19,208 bases of DNA, taken from NCBI GenBank assembly GCA_016840165.1, contig JAEOSU010000105.1, positions 1 through 19,208 on the forward strand, written 5' to 3'. The notes under the pieces were generated by a model. It was not told where the DNA came from, searched no databases, and was given only the letters and a program-made list of their open reading frames with translations. This document shows positions 8,084-17,892 of this stretch, one piece after another (position 1 is the stretch's first letter; the number at the start of each line of letters is the position of its first letter). Source of the stretch: Promethearchaeota archaeon (GTDB taxonomy: Archaea > Asgardarchaeota > Lokiarchaeia > Sigyniarchaeales > SOKP01). Position numbers and translations under genes: made by a program.

Positions 8084-9301
8084 TTAATGCTTTTTCTTTT
8101 GTTGTTTGTTTCTATGTTTTTTATGCTTCTTTATTATTTCCTTTTTAGGTGGTGGCTTTAGATATTTTCTCTCAATCTCTTTTATCTTTTCCCCAATGTC
8201 TTCCATTAATTCACCACCCATATAATCCCCATTGAAGAAGTCAAGTTTGGATGCTAAACCTATTTTCCCTGATACCATTCTTGCTATTTTCCCTCTATGG
8301 TATGGTTTAGCCGAACGGATTTGATTCCATTGAAAAATAAGGCCATGCTTCGGTCTTTTCTCTCCCGTCTTTAAGAATCGATATAACGCTTTTTCGGCGC
8401 CTAAAAGCTGTACTCTTGAAGCGGGCATAAAAGCAAGTTTTTCAAGACTCCCCGCTTTTGCTATTAATTTCGCACTTACCAGACTCCCTACTATTGCCCG
8501 CATATTGGGAGCGACTTTTTCCATTAATATATCTAAATATTTTTCCAGCTCTGTCCTGTAGCTGTCTAAACTGACAATCTGGTTTGTATATCCTTGTAAT
8601 ATTTCTATATCAATATCAGAACCCATAGAATTCAATGCTAAATCGAGCAATTTCTGTATTCTGGTTTCATTGAATTCGAAATGTTCATATAAACTTTCAG
8701 AACTATAATTATCCCTTGTACCAATCTTGGAAATAATTTTAGCTAAAACAATATTATCTTCTATCAACTTATCTGTTAATTCTGGAAAATGTAACCCGTA
8801 CCATTCTCGCATTCTACTAGAAAGAAGACTTATTGATTTCTTAATTATATCAAGACTTTCGATAATTTGGATAACTATAACGTCATCTCTCGTACCAACT
8901 TTTTTAATTTCATATTTTGTTAGCTCTTCTTGAATGCTTTTAAATTTTTGTAGAATTTCTCTTTCAGAAAGATTAATTCCTATAGATTTAAATCGATGGT
9001 CTAAAGAAAGCCTAAAACTTTTAAATTCGAGAGATTTTGGTAAAAATTTGGCCTGATAATTCTTAATGTTAGCAGTAATAACTTCTAATTTTTTATTATC
9101 AAATATAAATTCCCTAAATCCCGAGTTATGTATCTCTTCTAAAAATTTAGTATAATCATCAGGCACTTTTCCTTCTTCAATAGATTTAAAGAATTCAATT
9201 GCTTTTTGTGGGTCATCATTAAAATTTCTAAAATTAATGATGGTCCCTGTATCATCAACTGCAAAAAGGGCGATTAACGTGTCTATGATATAACATTTCA
9301 T
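8084..9301 (-). CDS. nop5: Box C/D RNP protein Nop5 (Nop56/58 homolog)
   Basis: RMREWYGLHFPEL, VAPNM..IVG....AKLIAKAGSL..LA.MPASRVQLLGAEKALYR, PKHGLIFQ, RGKIAR, and a Lys-rich tail; directly upstream of fibrillarin. Confidence 0.96.
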   Translation of the reverse strand: MKCYIIDTLIALFAVDDTGTIINFRNFNDDPQKAIEFFKSIEEGKVPDDYTKFLEEIHNSGFREFIFDNKKLEVITANIKNYQAKFLPKSLEFKSFRLSLDHRFKSIGINLSEREILQKFKSIQEELTKYEIKKVGTRDDVIVIQIIESLDIIKKSISLLSSRMREWYGLHFPELTDKLIEDNIVLAKIISKIGTRDNYSSESLYEHFEFNETRIQKLLDLALNSMGSDIDIEILQGYTNQIVSLDSYRTELEKYLDILMEKVAPNMRAIVGSLVSAKLIAKAGSLEKLAFMPASRVQLLGAEKALYRFLKTGEKRPKHGLIFQWNQIRSAKPYHRGKIARMVSGKIGLASKLDFFNGDYMGGELMEDIGEKIKEIERKYLKPPPKKEIIKKHKKHRNKQQKKKH

Positions 9302-9332
9302 TTTTTTAATGGGGTTGAATTATAATTTCTTA

Positions 9333-9350
9333 AATAATAATAATAATAAT
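9333..9350. repeat. (AAT)6 microsatellite in the 68-bp divergent nop5/pyrD intergenic region
   Basis: AATAATAATAATAATAAT read directly. Confidence 0.8.
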
Positions 9351-9369
9351 TCCTTACATAATAATAGTA

Positions 9370-10299
9370 ATGCTTGAAGTAAACCTTGCTGGATTAAAAT
9401 TAAAAACTCCACTTATTTTAGCATCTGGGATTTTGGGGGTTTCTTCTTCTGTAATGAATAGGTTAAGCAAAGCGGGGTTAGGAGCAATTACAACTAAATC
9501 TATAGGACCACGCCCAAGAATCGGCTTCAAAAACCCCTCTATTGTTGAAGTACAACCCGGGACCTTCATAAACAGTGTTGGTCTTGCAAACCCGGGAATA
9601 GATAATTTCATTTCCGAGATTAAGGACTTCAAGAGAAGTAAATTTCCTTTAATCGTAAGCGTATTTGGCTATGACGATCCATCTTATATTGAAGTTGCTA
9701 CTAAGGCTGAAAATGCTGGAGCTGATGCCATCGAAATTAATATTTCATGTCCACACTCAGAAGTAGCTTCTATAGGAATTGATAAGAACTTAACTCATAA
9801 TATTGTCTCTAAAATAAAAGATAAAATATCTATACCCCTATTTGTTAAACTCAACCCTAATGTAACTAATATTGTAGATATTGCATTGGCGGCAGAACAA
9901 GGAGGAGCTGATGCCGTTGTCGCAATAAATACAATGACTGCCATGGCAATTGATATAAACACGCGAAGGCCGATATTATCTCATGGTAGTGGAGGACTTT
10001 CAGGTAGAGCTATACATCATATAGCGGTAAAGAAGGTATATGATCTGTTTAAAAGTGTGCATATCCCTATAATAGGCTGTGGCGGTATTACTAATTGGCA
10101 AGATGTAATCGAATTTTTCTTAGCTGGGGCCACTGCAGTCCAAATAGGAACCTTGTTATATAATGGTTTCGATATTATTAAAGAAATTAATGATGGATTA
10201 AAAAAATACCTCAAAAAGAATAATTTAAAATCTATTTCTGAGTTAACTGGATTAACTCATAATTTTAACATTCAGGAGGTTCCAGATTTTATTGATTAA
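9370..10299 (+). CDS. pyrD: Dihydroorotate dehydrogenase family 1B, catalytic subunit
   Basis: LASG, GAITTKS, NSVGLANPG, EINISCPH, FVKLNPN, AINT, GGLSG, IIGCGGI, AGATAVQIGT. Confidence 0.95.
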   Translation: MLEVNLAGLKLKTPLILASGILGVSSSVMNRLSKAGLGAITTKSIGPRPRIGFKNPSIVEVQPGTFINSVGLANPGIDNFISEIKDFKRSKFPLIVSVFGYDDPSYIEVATKAENAGADAIEINISCPHSEVASIGIDKNLTHNIVSKIKDKISIPLFVKLNPNVTNIVDIALAAEQGGADAVVAINTMTAMAIDINTRRPILSHGSGGLSGRAIHHIAVKKVYDLFKSVHIPIIGCGGITNWQDVIEFFLAGATAVQIGTLLYNGFDIIKEINDGLKKYLKKNNLKSISELTGLTHNFNIQEVPDFID

Positions 10300-11131
10300 T
10301 TCCATAAAAACTATAAAAATTAAAAGTATTGTTGATGAATGTTCTGATATAAAATCCTTCTCATTTGAAATACCTAAAAATAATAAAGATATGTCTATAG
10401 AACCGAAACCAGGACAATTTATAATGGTTTGGGTACCAGGTGTTGATGAAGTCCCAATGTCTATATCCGACTGTAACGATATGGGAGATTGGAGTTTTAT
10501 GGTAAAAAGCGTAGGAGAGTGTACTAATGCTTTATTTAATCTAAAGGTCGGAGATTTTATTGGAATAAGGGGGCCCTATGGTACCTTTTTTTCTCTCCCT
10601 TCAAAAAATATTGAAAAAGCATTTTTAGTAGGAGGTGGAACAGGTATTGCTCCCCTTAATTATTTAGCAAAGGTATTAACTCAACACGAAATAAAAACAG
10701 TTATTATTGAGGGAGCAAAAGTAGTTGATAATTTAATTATTAATGATAACATAAATAAGGAAATCTCTGAGATTATCTACTGTACAGATGATGGAAGTTA
10801 TGGTCAAAAAGGATTTGCTTCAGAGACCTTTGAAAACGTGATTAATGAAGAATCAAACGAGCGCCTTAAAAAAATTGAAGTATATACCTGTGGTCCTGAA
10901 AAAATGATGTATAAGGTTTTTCAAATATGTGAACAAAAGAAAATCCAATTTCAAGCAAGCTTAGAACGTATGATGCGATGTGGTTGTGGATTATGTGGAT
11001 TATGTGCAGTAGATCCAACAGGCTTATTAGTTTGTAAAGATGGACCAGTCTTTGATTCGAAAACATTAAGAGAAATGGAAGATTTTGGTAAGTATAAAAG
11101 AGATATGACTGGGAAAAAAATATCTCTCTAA
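10292..11131 (+). CDS. pyrK: Dihydroorotate dehydrogenase electron-transfer subunit
   Basis: PGQFIMVWVPGVDEVPMSIS, GIRGPYG, GGGTGIAPL, TDDGS, CGPEKMM, and the 2Fe-2S motif MRCGCGLCGLC..VCKDGPVF. Overlaps pyrD by 8 nt; GGAGGT at 10275-10280. Confidence 0.94.
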   Translation: MINSIKTIKIKSIVDECSDIKSFSFEIPKNNKDMSIEPKPGQFIMVWVPGVDEVPMSISDCNDMGDWSFMVKSVGECTNALFNLKVGDFIGIRGPYGTFFSLPSKNIEKAFLVGGGTGIAPLNYLAKVLTQHEIKTVIIEGAKVVDNLIINDNINKEISEIIYCTDDGSYGQKGFASETFENVINEESNERLKKIEVYTCGPEKMMYKVFQICEQKKIQFQASLERMMRCGCGLCGLCAVDPTGLLVCKDGPVFDSKTLREMEDFGKYKRDMTGKKISL

Positions 11132-11168
11132 TAATGTTATTGAGCAGTATTAGTCTTTTAGGCATCCT

Positions 11169-12806
11169 ATGTCCATGGTCAAATCAAACCCAGAAAATGA
11201 AGAGATTATTAAAAAGATAGCTCGAGCAACTATTGAATACATTAAGAAGCATCCGCAAATTTCCAAAGAGAAAATTACCAATATTAAAGGAAAATTTGCT
11301 AAAAAGTATAATTATAACGGTGTAATCAAAAATGCAAGGGTATTAGAATATTTAAAAGAAGCTGAAGAACTTGAAGTTCTCCCGATTTTAAAACGACGAA
11401 CTACAAGAACTTTATCAGGAGTATCAGTTATTGCGATAATGACTAAACCACTCCCCTGTCCTGGTGTATGTGTCTACTGTCCAGGACAAGAATCTCAACC
11501 TGGAGCTAAAGTCGCTCAATCATATACAGGACAAGAACCTGCAGCGTTAAGATCAATTCACAATAATTATAATCCATATTTACAAGTAAGCAGTAGGATT
11601 GATGATTTAGAAGCAATTGGTCACAAAGTTGATAAAATCGAACTTATTATAATGGGAGGGACTTTTCTCTCTGCCGATCTTGAATATCAAGAGCAATTTA
11701 TCAAAGGTGCCTATGAAGCAATCATCAATAAAAAGGTTAAGACTTTAACGGAGGCAAAAAGATTAGCAGAATCTTCTAAAAAACGATTAATTGGTCTTAC
11801 CATAGAGACAAGACCCGATTATTGCGATGAAAATTTTGTTGATTTAATGTTAAATTACGGTACTACCCGTGTAGAATTAGGTATTCAGACTGTCTTTAAT
11901 GACATTTATTATCTTGTGAATCGTGGGCATACCACAAAAGAAAGTATCGAAGCAATACGAATAGCTAAAGACGCGGGATTCAAAATAAATGCCCATATTA
12001 TGCCCAATCTACCAGGATCCGATTATGATAAAGATCTTGAGACGTTTAAGCATTTGTTTGCTAATCCCGATTATCGTCCTGACATGTTAAAAATTTACCC
12101 TTGCTTAGTTTTAAAAGGTACTGAATTATATAATTGGTGGAAAGAGGGTAAATACCTTCCTTATAGCACCGAAAAATTAGTAGAATTGATTGCGAAAGCT
12201 AAAAAAGAGCTTCCTTCGTACGTTCGAATTCAAAGAATTATGAGAGATATCCCCGCTCCACTAATACAGGCTGGTTGTAACAAAAGCAACCTACGTCAAT
12301 TAGTTCAAAATAAATTAAAAAAAGAGGGTGCTAGTTGCAACTGTATAAGGTGTCGAGAATATGGAATCTCCAAAAGAAGGCAATTTTTTGACGAAAATCT
12401 TTTAGAAGGTGTTAAATTAAGGAGGTTGGATTATGAAGCTTCTAAAGGCTATGAAGTATTTTTATCATATGAATATGAATCAGATAAGGTCTTATTTGGG
12501 TATCTTCGACTGAGAAAACCTTCGAATCTAGCACATCGTTCCGAATTAAACAATGGAAATACGATGATTGTAAGGGAAGTGCGAGTAGTAGGAGAACTCG
12601 TGCCAACTGATATTGATCCCGTGCGAAAAACTCAAATTCAACATCGTGGATTTGGAAAAAAATTAATGAAAAATGCTGAAAAGATTGCTCGAGAAGATTT
12701 TGATGCGAAGAAATTATCAGTTATAAGTGGAATTGGTGCCCGAGATTGGTTCTATGATTTAGGTTATACATTGGATGGCCCTTATGTCTCAAAATCCCTA
12801 ACTTGA
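11169..12806 (+). CDS. elp3: Elp3 tRNA uridine(34) acetyltransferase (radical SAM plus KAT domain)
   Basis: RTLSGVSVIAIMTKPLPCPGVCVYCPG, QSYTGQEPA, MGGTF, ETRPD, HIMPNLPG, LKIYP, RIQRIMRDIP, CIRCRE, QHRGFG, VISGIGAR. Confidence 0.96.
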   Translation: MSMVKSNPENEEIIKKIARATIEYIKKHPQISKEKITNIKGKFAKKYNYNGVIKNARVLEYLKEAEELEVLPILKRRTTRTLSGVSVIAIMTKPLPCPGVCVYCPGQESQPGAKVAQSYTGQEPAALRSIHNNYNPYLQVSSRIDDLEAIGHKVDKIELIIMGGTFLSADLEYQEQFIKGAYEAIINKKVKTLTEAKRLAESSKKRLIGLTIETRPDYCDENFVDLMLNYGTTRVELGIQTVFNDIYYLVNRGHTTKESIEAIRIAKDAGFKINAHIMPNLPGSDYDKDLETFKHLFANPDYRPDMLKIYPCLVLKGTELYNWWKEGKYLPYSTEKLVELIAKAKKELPSYVRIQRIMRDIPAPLIQAGCNKSNLRQLVQNKLKKEGASCNCIRCREYGISKRRQFFDENLLEGVKLRRLDYEASKGYEVFLSYEYESDKVLFGYLRLRKPSNLAHRSELNNGNTMIVREVRVVGELVPTDIDPVRKTQIQHRGFGKKLMKNAEKIAREDFDAKKLSVISGIGARDWFYDLGYTLDGPYVSKSLT

Positions 12807-13286
12807 ATTAAAAACAACCCTGAAAATTTGTCCTTATTTTAGCTAACTCCCTATAATTTTATATAAAGCAGGAGTCTCCGTAAAATTCTCAATAAAAATT
12901 TTTTTTAATATCATTTAAATTAACTCACATTTTATATATAAAGTAATATGTTAGATTCTAATCTTTAATAAATTAGATATTTTTAAAATAGGGATGAAAT
13001 TATTAACTAGGATCTTGTATTAGGCATACATTTTTTCAGTATATGTTGTCTGATAAAGATTTAAAACGTTATAATAAAGAAATGCTATAAGTTAAGAGAT
13101 AAATTTATTATTAAAAACTGATCAAAACTGGGATATAAATAAAATCTTGGTCAAAATGTATTTCCCTCTATTAATTTTGATTAAATAAATTGAAATGAGA
13201 TTGACAACCATCAAAACTAAATTAATTTTAAATATAATAGATAGATATTGTAATTTAATTAAAATTGAAAAGAAGAGTAAAATTTA

Positions 13287-14384
13287 TTGCCAACCTCAAA
13301 AAAATTTTTATCAGAAAAGAAAACAGCCCAGCAAACCATCTCCATATCACCTGCATTGAAGGATTGGATTGAACGTTACGTAAATGTCACTAAGAAAGAT
13401 TTTCCTAAGGATAAACGATTTAAGAGCATATCCTCCTTTTATAATTACGTCATGGAGAAAAGTATGGAAGTTTTGAGTTATGGAAAAACTTTAGACGATT
13501 TCCAAATGTTTGTGGACCATCAAACTAAAAGTTTCTTTGAAAAGTTAACCTTTAGAGCTTTTATACCTCTTCATGAGGAGTGTGTTAGAACACATCGTTA
13601 TATTGATTTTACTTTAAAAGATTTTACCCGCTTCTTATTCTTGATCAGAAATCGTTATTTAGATGGGGTGGAACCATATGATTTTATAGAAATACAAAAA
13701 AGGTTTGACATCTTAAGAAATTTTTATTTAGAAAATAATATTGTAAAGGATATTCATTTAGAAATCATGAGTGATGACAAAAGATATCCTAAGGGTATTT
13801 TTTATTGGACGGGCAATTATAGAAATCTTTTCTGGGAAAATTCTAAAATGAATGCCGCAGTTTTCGGAATAATAGGAGTAAGAATCACAAAAGTAATTTA
13901 TTCAGAAAAAGATTTGTATTGCCGTTTTAACTTAAGAGCAACTGATTTAATGTTTGAAGAGGAAAAACCTCGAAAGCTCCGAGAGAAAACCCTTGAACTG
14001 GCAAATTATAATGTCAATTATCTACTTAAGCATCAAAAAATCCTTAAAGATGAAGATTTTTATTTATGGATGAAATTTGCTGAAGATAAAGATGCATATA
14101 TCAAATTTCACGAGGATAAAGTGAGGGATAAATGGATAAAAAAAATAATAGAAGATATTGAAAACATAAGCAAGCCAGAAGAAATAATTCCAAATCTCCT
14201 CAAACTTTTTAGTAAGCTCCATTGGATTGATATTGAAAATATAGGATCAAACGGCTTTAAAATTCGATTATCCGAGGAAACTGACAATAAGGAAATAGAT
14301 TATCTCTTAGATATTTTATCAAAATATTCGAATATCGCTAAAGCTGAAGGAAAATATTATTTAGAGCAAAAAATCAAAGTTTAA
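13287..14384 (+). CDS. Hypothetical protein with a possible N-terminal ribbon-helix-helix-like DNA-binding domain
   Basis: 365-aa ORF with TTG start. QQTISISPALKDWIERYV...FKSISSFYNYVMEKSM fits a strand-helix-helix pattern; the remainder is not recognised. Confidence 0.6.
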   Translation: MPTSKKFLSEKKTAQQTISISPALKDWIERYVNVTKKDFPKDKRFKSISSFYNYVMEKSMEVLSYGKTLDDFQMFVDHQTKSFFEKLTFRAFIPLHEECVRTHRYIDFTLKDFTRFLFLIRNRYLDGVEPYDFIEIQKRFDILRNFYLENNIVKDIHLEIMSDDKRYPKGIFYWTGNYRNLFWENSKMNAAVFGIIGVRITKVIYSEKDLYCRFNLRATDLMFEEEKPRKLREKTLELANYNVNYLLKHQKILKDEDFYLWMKFAEDKDAYIKFHEDKVRDKWIKKIIEDIENISKPEEIIPNLLKLFSKLHWIDIENIGSNGFKIRLSEETDNKEIDYLLDILSKYSNIAKAEGKYYLEQKIKV

Positions 14385-14526
14385 GGATCACTTTAAAAAC
14401 TTGGACTTAAAGCATTTTGATTACTTATTCTTTTAGTTAATTCTAAATTTCATTCTAAAAATAAATATAAAATCTCATCAATGATTAGTTAATGATAAGT
14501 AATTAATAAAAAAAAATAGAGAATAA

Positions 14527-16446
14527 ATGGCGCAATACGATTATAATAAAATAGGTCTTAAATGTGGTTTAGAAATACATCAGCAGCTTGAAACCGAGAC
14601 TAAGTTATTTTGTCGATGTCCATCCACCCTTCAAGGTACAAGGAAACCTGATTTTGAAGTAAAAAGATTTATGAGACCCGTTTTAGGAGAAATGGGTACT
14701 TATGATAAAGCGATGCTAACAGAATATGGAAAAGGAATGGATATTGTTTATGAAGGATATAACGATGTGATATGCACGTATGAGCTAGATGAGACCCCAC
14801 CTTTTCCTTGTAATTCAGAAGCAAGAAAAATTGCCTTAAAGATCGCATTGCTTCTTAATGCTAATATTATTGAAGAGATGCATGTTTGTCGAAAAAATTA
14901 TTTAGATGGTAGTGTTCCCTGTGGCTTTCAAAAAACGATGATCTTAGGAACTGATGGATATATAGCATTGGAAAATGGGAAAAAAATAAGAATTGATATC
15001 CTTAGTTTGGAAGAAGAGGCTGCAAGAAAAATTAAGACCGAAGAAAAAACATATTATTATCGACTTGATCGTTTAGGGATTCCATTAATAGAGGTAACCA
15101 CTAAACCAGATATTTCAACCCCTATTGAATGCAAAGAATGTGCTGAACGAATAGGGTTACTATTATGGATGACAAGTGTAAAGACCGTAATTGGTTCGAT
15201 TAGGCAAGATATTAATGTAAGTATAAAGTCTGGTACTAGAATTGAAATTAAAGGAGTTCAAAAATTAGGTTGGATACCAAATTTGATTAATCATGAAATT
15301 TCAAGACAGATAGGATTAATTGAAGTACGATCTTTACTGAAAGAGAGGGATTTAAATTCTGAGGACCTCCCTTCTAAATCCATTGATTTAACAGACTTAC
15401 TTCGGAGCTCTAAATCTTCCTTTATCTCAAAGGGTATAAAATCGGGAAATTCAGTATACGGGATAAACTTTAAAGGTTTTAAAGGAATATTTGGAAAGGA
15501 ATTAATGGAGGATTATCGATTTGGGACAGAAGTCAGTAGCAAGGTAAAAGTTATTTCTGGGTTAAGAGGAATTATTCATTCTGATGAGGATCTAAATAAT
15601 TATAAGTTTTCTGAAGAAGATGTTAAAAGCATTCGCGATGCACTAAATTCAGAAAAGGAAGATTGCTTTATAATGGTCCTTGGGTCAAAGAAAAAATTAG
15701 AAAAAGCCATTCAAGTCATTATAACTCGAGTTCAGGATGCATTTGAGGGAGTACCCCCTGAAACCAGAAAGGCTCTCGAAAATGGCAATACCGAATTTCT
15801 TCGCGATCTTCATGGTGGTGCACGGCTTTATCCTGATACAGATTCTCCCGCAATCCTAAATCCCAAATCAGAAATCGATGAGATAAGCAAAAATCTACCT
15901 AAATATCCTTGGATTATCATTGAAAATTACTCAAAAAAATATAACACAGAAACGAGGTTAATTAAGAAATTAATTTTTAAAGGGAAGCTAGAATTATTTG
16001 AACGCCTGGTAATTATTTACCCCAAAAATCCCTCTATAATATTAACTACATTATTGGAAACATCAAAAGCCATACGTCGAGAAGGAAAAAATATTGACCT
16101 AATTAAAGATTCCGATTATGTCTCGATATTTACAGAATTAAGTAAAAAAAAGATTGGAAAAGAAATTATCGAAGATATCATGCGAATGAAAACTGATAAT
16201 CCACATCTCTCTATTTCACAGATCAAGGATGACTTACATATAAAATCTATATCTTTAGATGAGCTTCAAAAGATCATCTCCGAGCTAGTGGAGAAAAATA
16301 TTAAATTGATTAAAGAAAGGGGAGATCGATCCTTAGGACCTCTTATGGGAGAAGCCATGAAGCAGGTAAAGGGGAACATTGACGGCTCTATTGTCAATCA
16401 AGAATTAAAAAAAGAAATTAAAAAAAGGTTAGAGGAGATAAAATAA
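14527..16446 (+). CDS. gatE: Glu-tRNA(Gln) amidotransferase subunit E
   Basis: GLKCGLEIHQQL..KLFCRCP, DETPP, RK..LDGS...GFQKT, LEEEAARK, LDRLGIPLIEVTT, IRQDINVSI..G.RIEIKGVQ, an AspRS-like insertion (GIIHSDE), GVPPETR, GGARLYPDTD. Confidence 0.96.
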   Translation: MAQYDYNKIGLKCGLEIHQQLETETKLFCRCPSTLQGTRKPDFEVKRFMRPVLGEMGTYDKAMLTEYGKGMDIVYEGYNDVICTYELDETPPFPCNSEARKIALKIALLLNANIIEEMHVCRKNYLDGSVPCGFQKTMILGTDGYIALENGKKIRIDILSLEEEAARKIKTEEKTYYYRLDRLGIPLIEVTTKPDISTPIECKECAERIGLLLWMTSVKTVIGSIRQDINVSIKSGTRIEIKGVQKLGWIPNLINHEISRQIGLIEVRSLLKERDLNSEDLPSKSIDLTDLLRSSKSSFISKGIKSGNSVYGINFKGFKGIFGKELMEDYRFGTEVSSKVKVISGLRGIIHSDEDLNNYKFSEEDVKSIRDALNSEKEDCFIMVLGSKKKLEKAIQVIITRVQDAFEGVPPETRKALENGNTEFLRDLHGGARLYPDTDSPAILNPKSEIDEISKNLPKYPWIIIENYSKKYNTETRLIKKLIFKGKLELFERLVIIYPKNPSIILTTLLETSKAIRREGKNIDLIKDSDYVSIFTELSKKKIGKEIIEDIMRMKTDNPHLSISQIKDDLHIKSISLDELQKIISELVEKNIKLIKERGDRSLGPLMGEAMKQVKGNIDGSIVNQELKKEIKKRLEEIK

Positions 16447-17805
16447 ATGACCGATAAATTAGAAGGATATAAAGGAAAGACTCGGGATTTTTTAAAGAAA
16501 AACAACATTGAAATTTGGGACATCATTTTAGTAAAAACTAAAAGAACCGAACTAGAGGGTATCTTATTACCCCGTAATGAATATGCCTCTCCTAATTATA
16601 TTGAAATAAAGTTAGAGAATAATTATAATGTAGGCATAAGTATTGCAGAAGTGGAATCCATCACCAAGAAAGGAAAACGTGAAGCTAAATATAAAATCCC
16701 TGAGAAAAAATTTCCGAAAAACAGTGATCTTCCAAATATCAAACTCTTAGGCACAGGTGGAACTGTAGCTTCCCGGCTAGATTACACTACAGGGGCAGTA
16801 ATCCCCTCTTTTACTCCAGGAGAATTATTTAGTGCCGTCCCAGAATTAGCAGATATTTGTAATCTTGATTGTGAGATTGTTTTTGAGATTTTATCTGAAA
16901 ATATGAAACCGGAATATTGGCAACAATTAGCTCTGAAAGTAAAAGAAGCAATTGATTCTGGAATAGATGGAATTATAATTGGTCATGGTACCGACACCAT
17001 GTCATTTACTTCTGCGGCACTATCATTCATGTTGAAAGATTTATCAATACCAGTTGTTTTAACTGGCAGCCAAAGAAGCTCAGATCGACCCTCATCTGAC
17101 GCAGCTCTTAACTTACAAAATGCTGCGGTGGTTGCAGGATCAGACATCGCAGAAGTAGTAGTTGCTATGTTAGGATCCTCATCTCATGATTATGGACTTA
17201 TACATAGAGGAACATTAGTCAGAAAAATGCACTCTTCATTAAGAAGCACTTTTAGAACTATTGATGATATCCCTCTTGGAATGGTGAGAGATAGGAAAAT
17301 AAAAATATTTAAAAATAATTACAATAAAAGAAGCAAACGGGAAACAACTCTTAAAAGTGAATTCGAAACAAAAATCGCATTGATTTATGAGTATCCAAAT
17401 ATCCAAAACGAACTAATAGAATTTTATATCGATAAGGGATACAAGGGTATAGTTATTGCTGGAACTGGACTTGGTCATGTCGGTACAGATATTTATCCCT
17501 CTATTGAAAGAGCTATTCAAGAAGATGTTACGGTATTAATGACTACTCAAACCATTCATGGGTTCGTGGGGATGCATGTTTACTCAACTGGGCGGGAATT
17601 ACTAAATCTAGGGGTTATACCGGGTAAAAATCTCATACCAGAAGTAGGATATGTAAAACTTGGCTGGGTTTTAGGCCAAACATCAGATCCTAAAGAAATC
17701 AAAGAATTATTGCTTACAAATATTGCGAACGAATTCATTGACAGAGAGCTTCCAATTGCATTTAACTATAACATCGATCAGCTTTTAGCAGACAAGAAAT
17801 TATAA
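16447..17805 (+). CDS. gatD: Glu-tRNA(Gln) amidotransferase subunit D
   Basis: IKLENNYNVGI N-domain, GTGGTVASRLDYTTGAV, HGTDTM, GSQRSSDRPSSDA, RKMHSS.R, GTGLGHV. Confidence 0.96.
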   Translation: MTDKLEGYKGKTRDFLKKNNIEIWDIILVKTKRTELEGILLPRNEYASPNYIEIKLENNYNVGISIAEVESITKKGKREAKYKIPEKKFPKNSDLPNIKLLGTGGTVASRLDYTTGAVIPSFTPGELFSAVPELADICNLDCEIVFEILSENMKPEYWQQLALKVKEAIDSGIDGIIIGHGTDTMSFTSAALSFMLKDLSIPVVLTGSQRSSDRPSSDAALNLQNAAVVAGSDIAEVVVAMLGSSSHDYGLIHRGTLVRKMHSSLRSTFRTIDDIPLGMVRDRKIKIFKNNYNKRSKRETTLKSEFETKIALIYEYPNIQNELIEFYIDKGYKGIVIAGTGLGHVGTDIYPSIERAIQEDVTVLMTTQTIHGFVGMHVYSTGRELLNLGVIPGKNLIPEVGYVKLGWVLGQTSDPKEIKELLLTNIANEFIDRELPIAFNYNIDQLLADKKL

Positions 17806-17892
17806 CTTTCTTTTGAAAAACTAAAAAAAATAAAAAAAAATTTAAAGTTTTGTTAATTAGATATTACAAATTAAATATTACTAGTGATATTT

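Noticed and set aside
7711-8933. Antisense ORFs 7711-7902 and 8727-8933
   Set aside because: Shadows of fibrillarin and nop5.
9354-11165. Antisense ORFs 9354-9632, 10017-10214 and 10866-11165
   Set aside because: Shadows of pyrD and pyrK; no motifs.
12807-13286. Replication origin, CRISPR array, tRNA or small CDS in the long AT-rich gap
   Set aside because: No ORB-like box, no regular repeat-spacer pattern, no GC-rich cloverleaf, and the ATG-initiated frames I checked close within a few codons.
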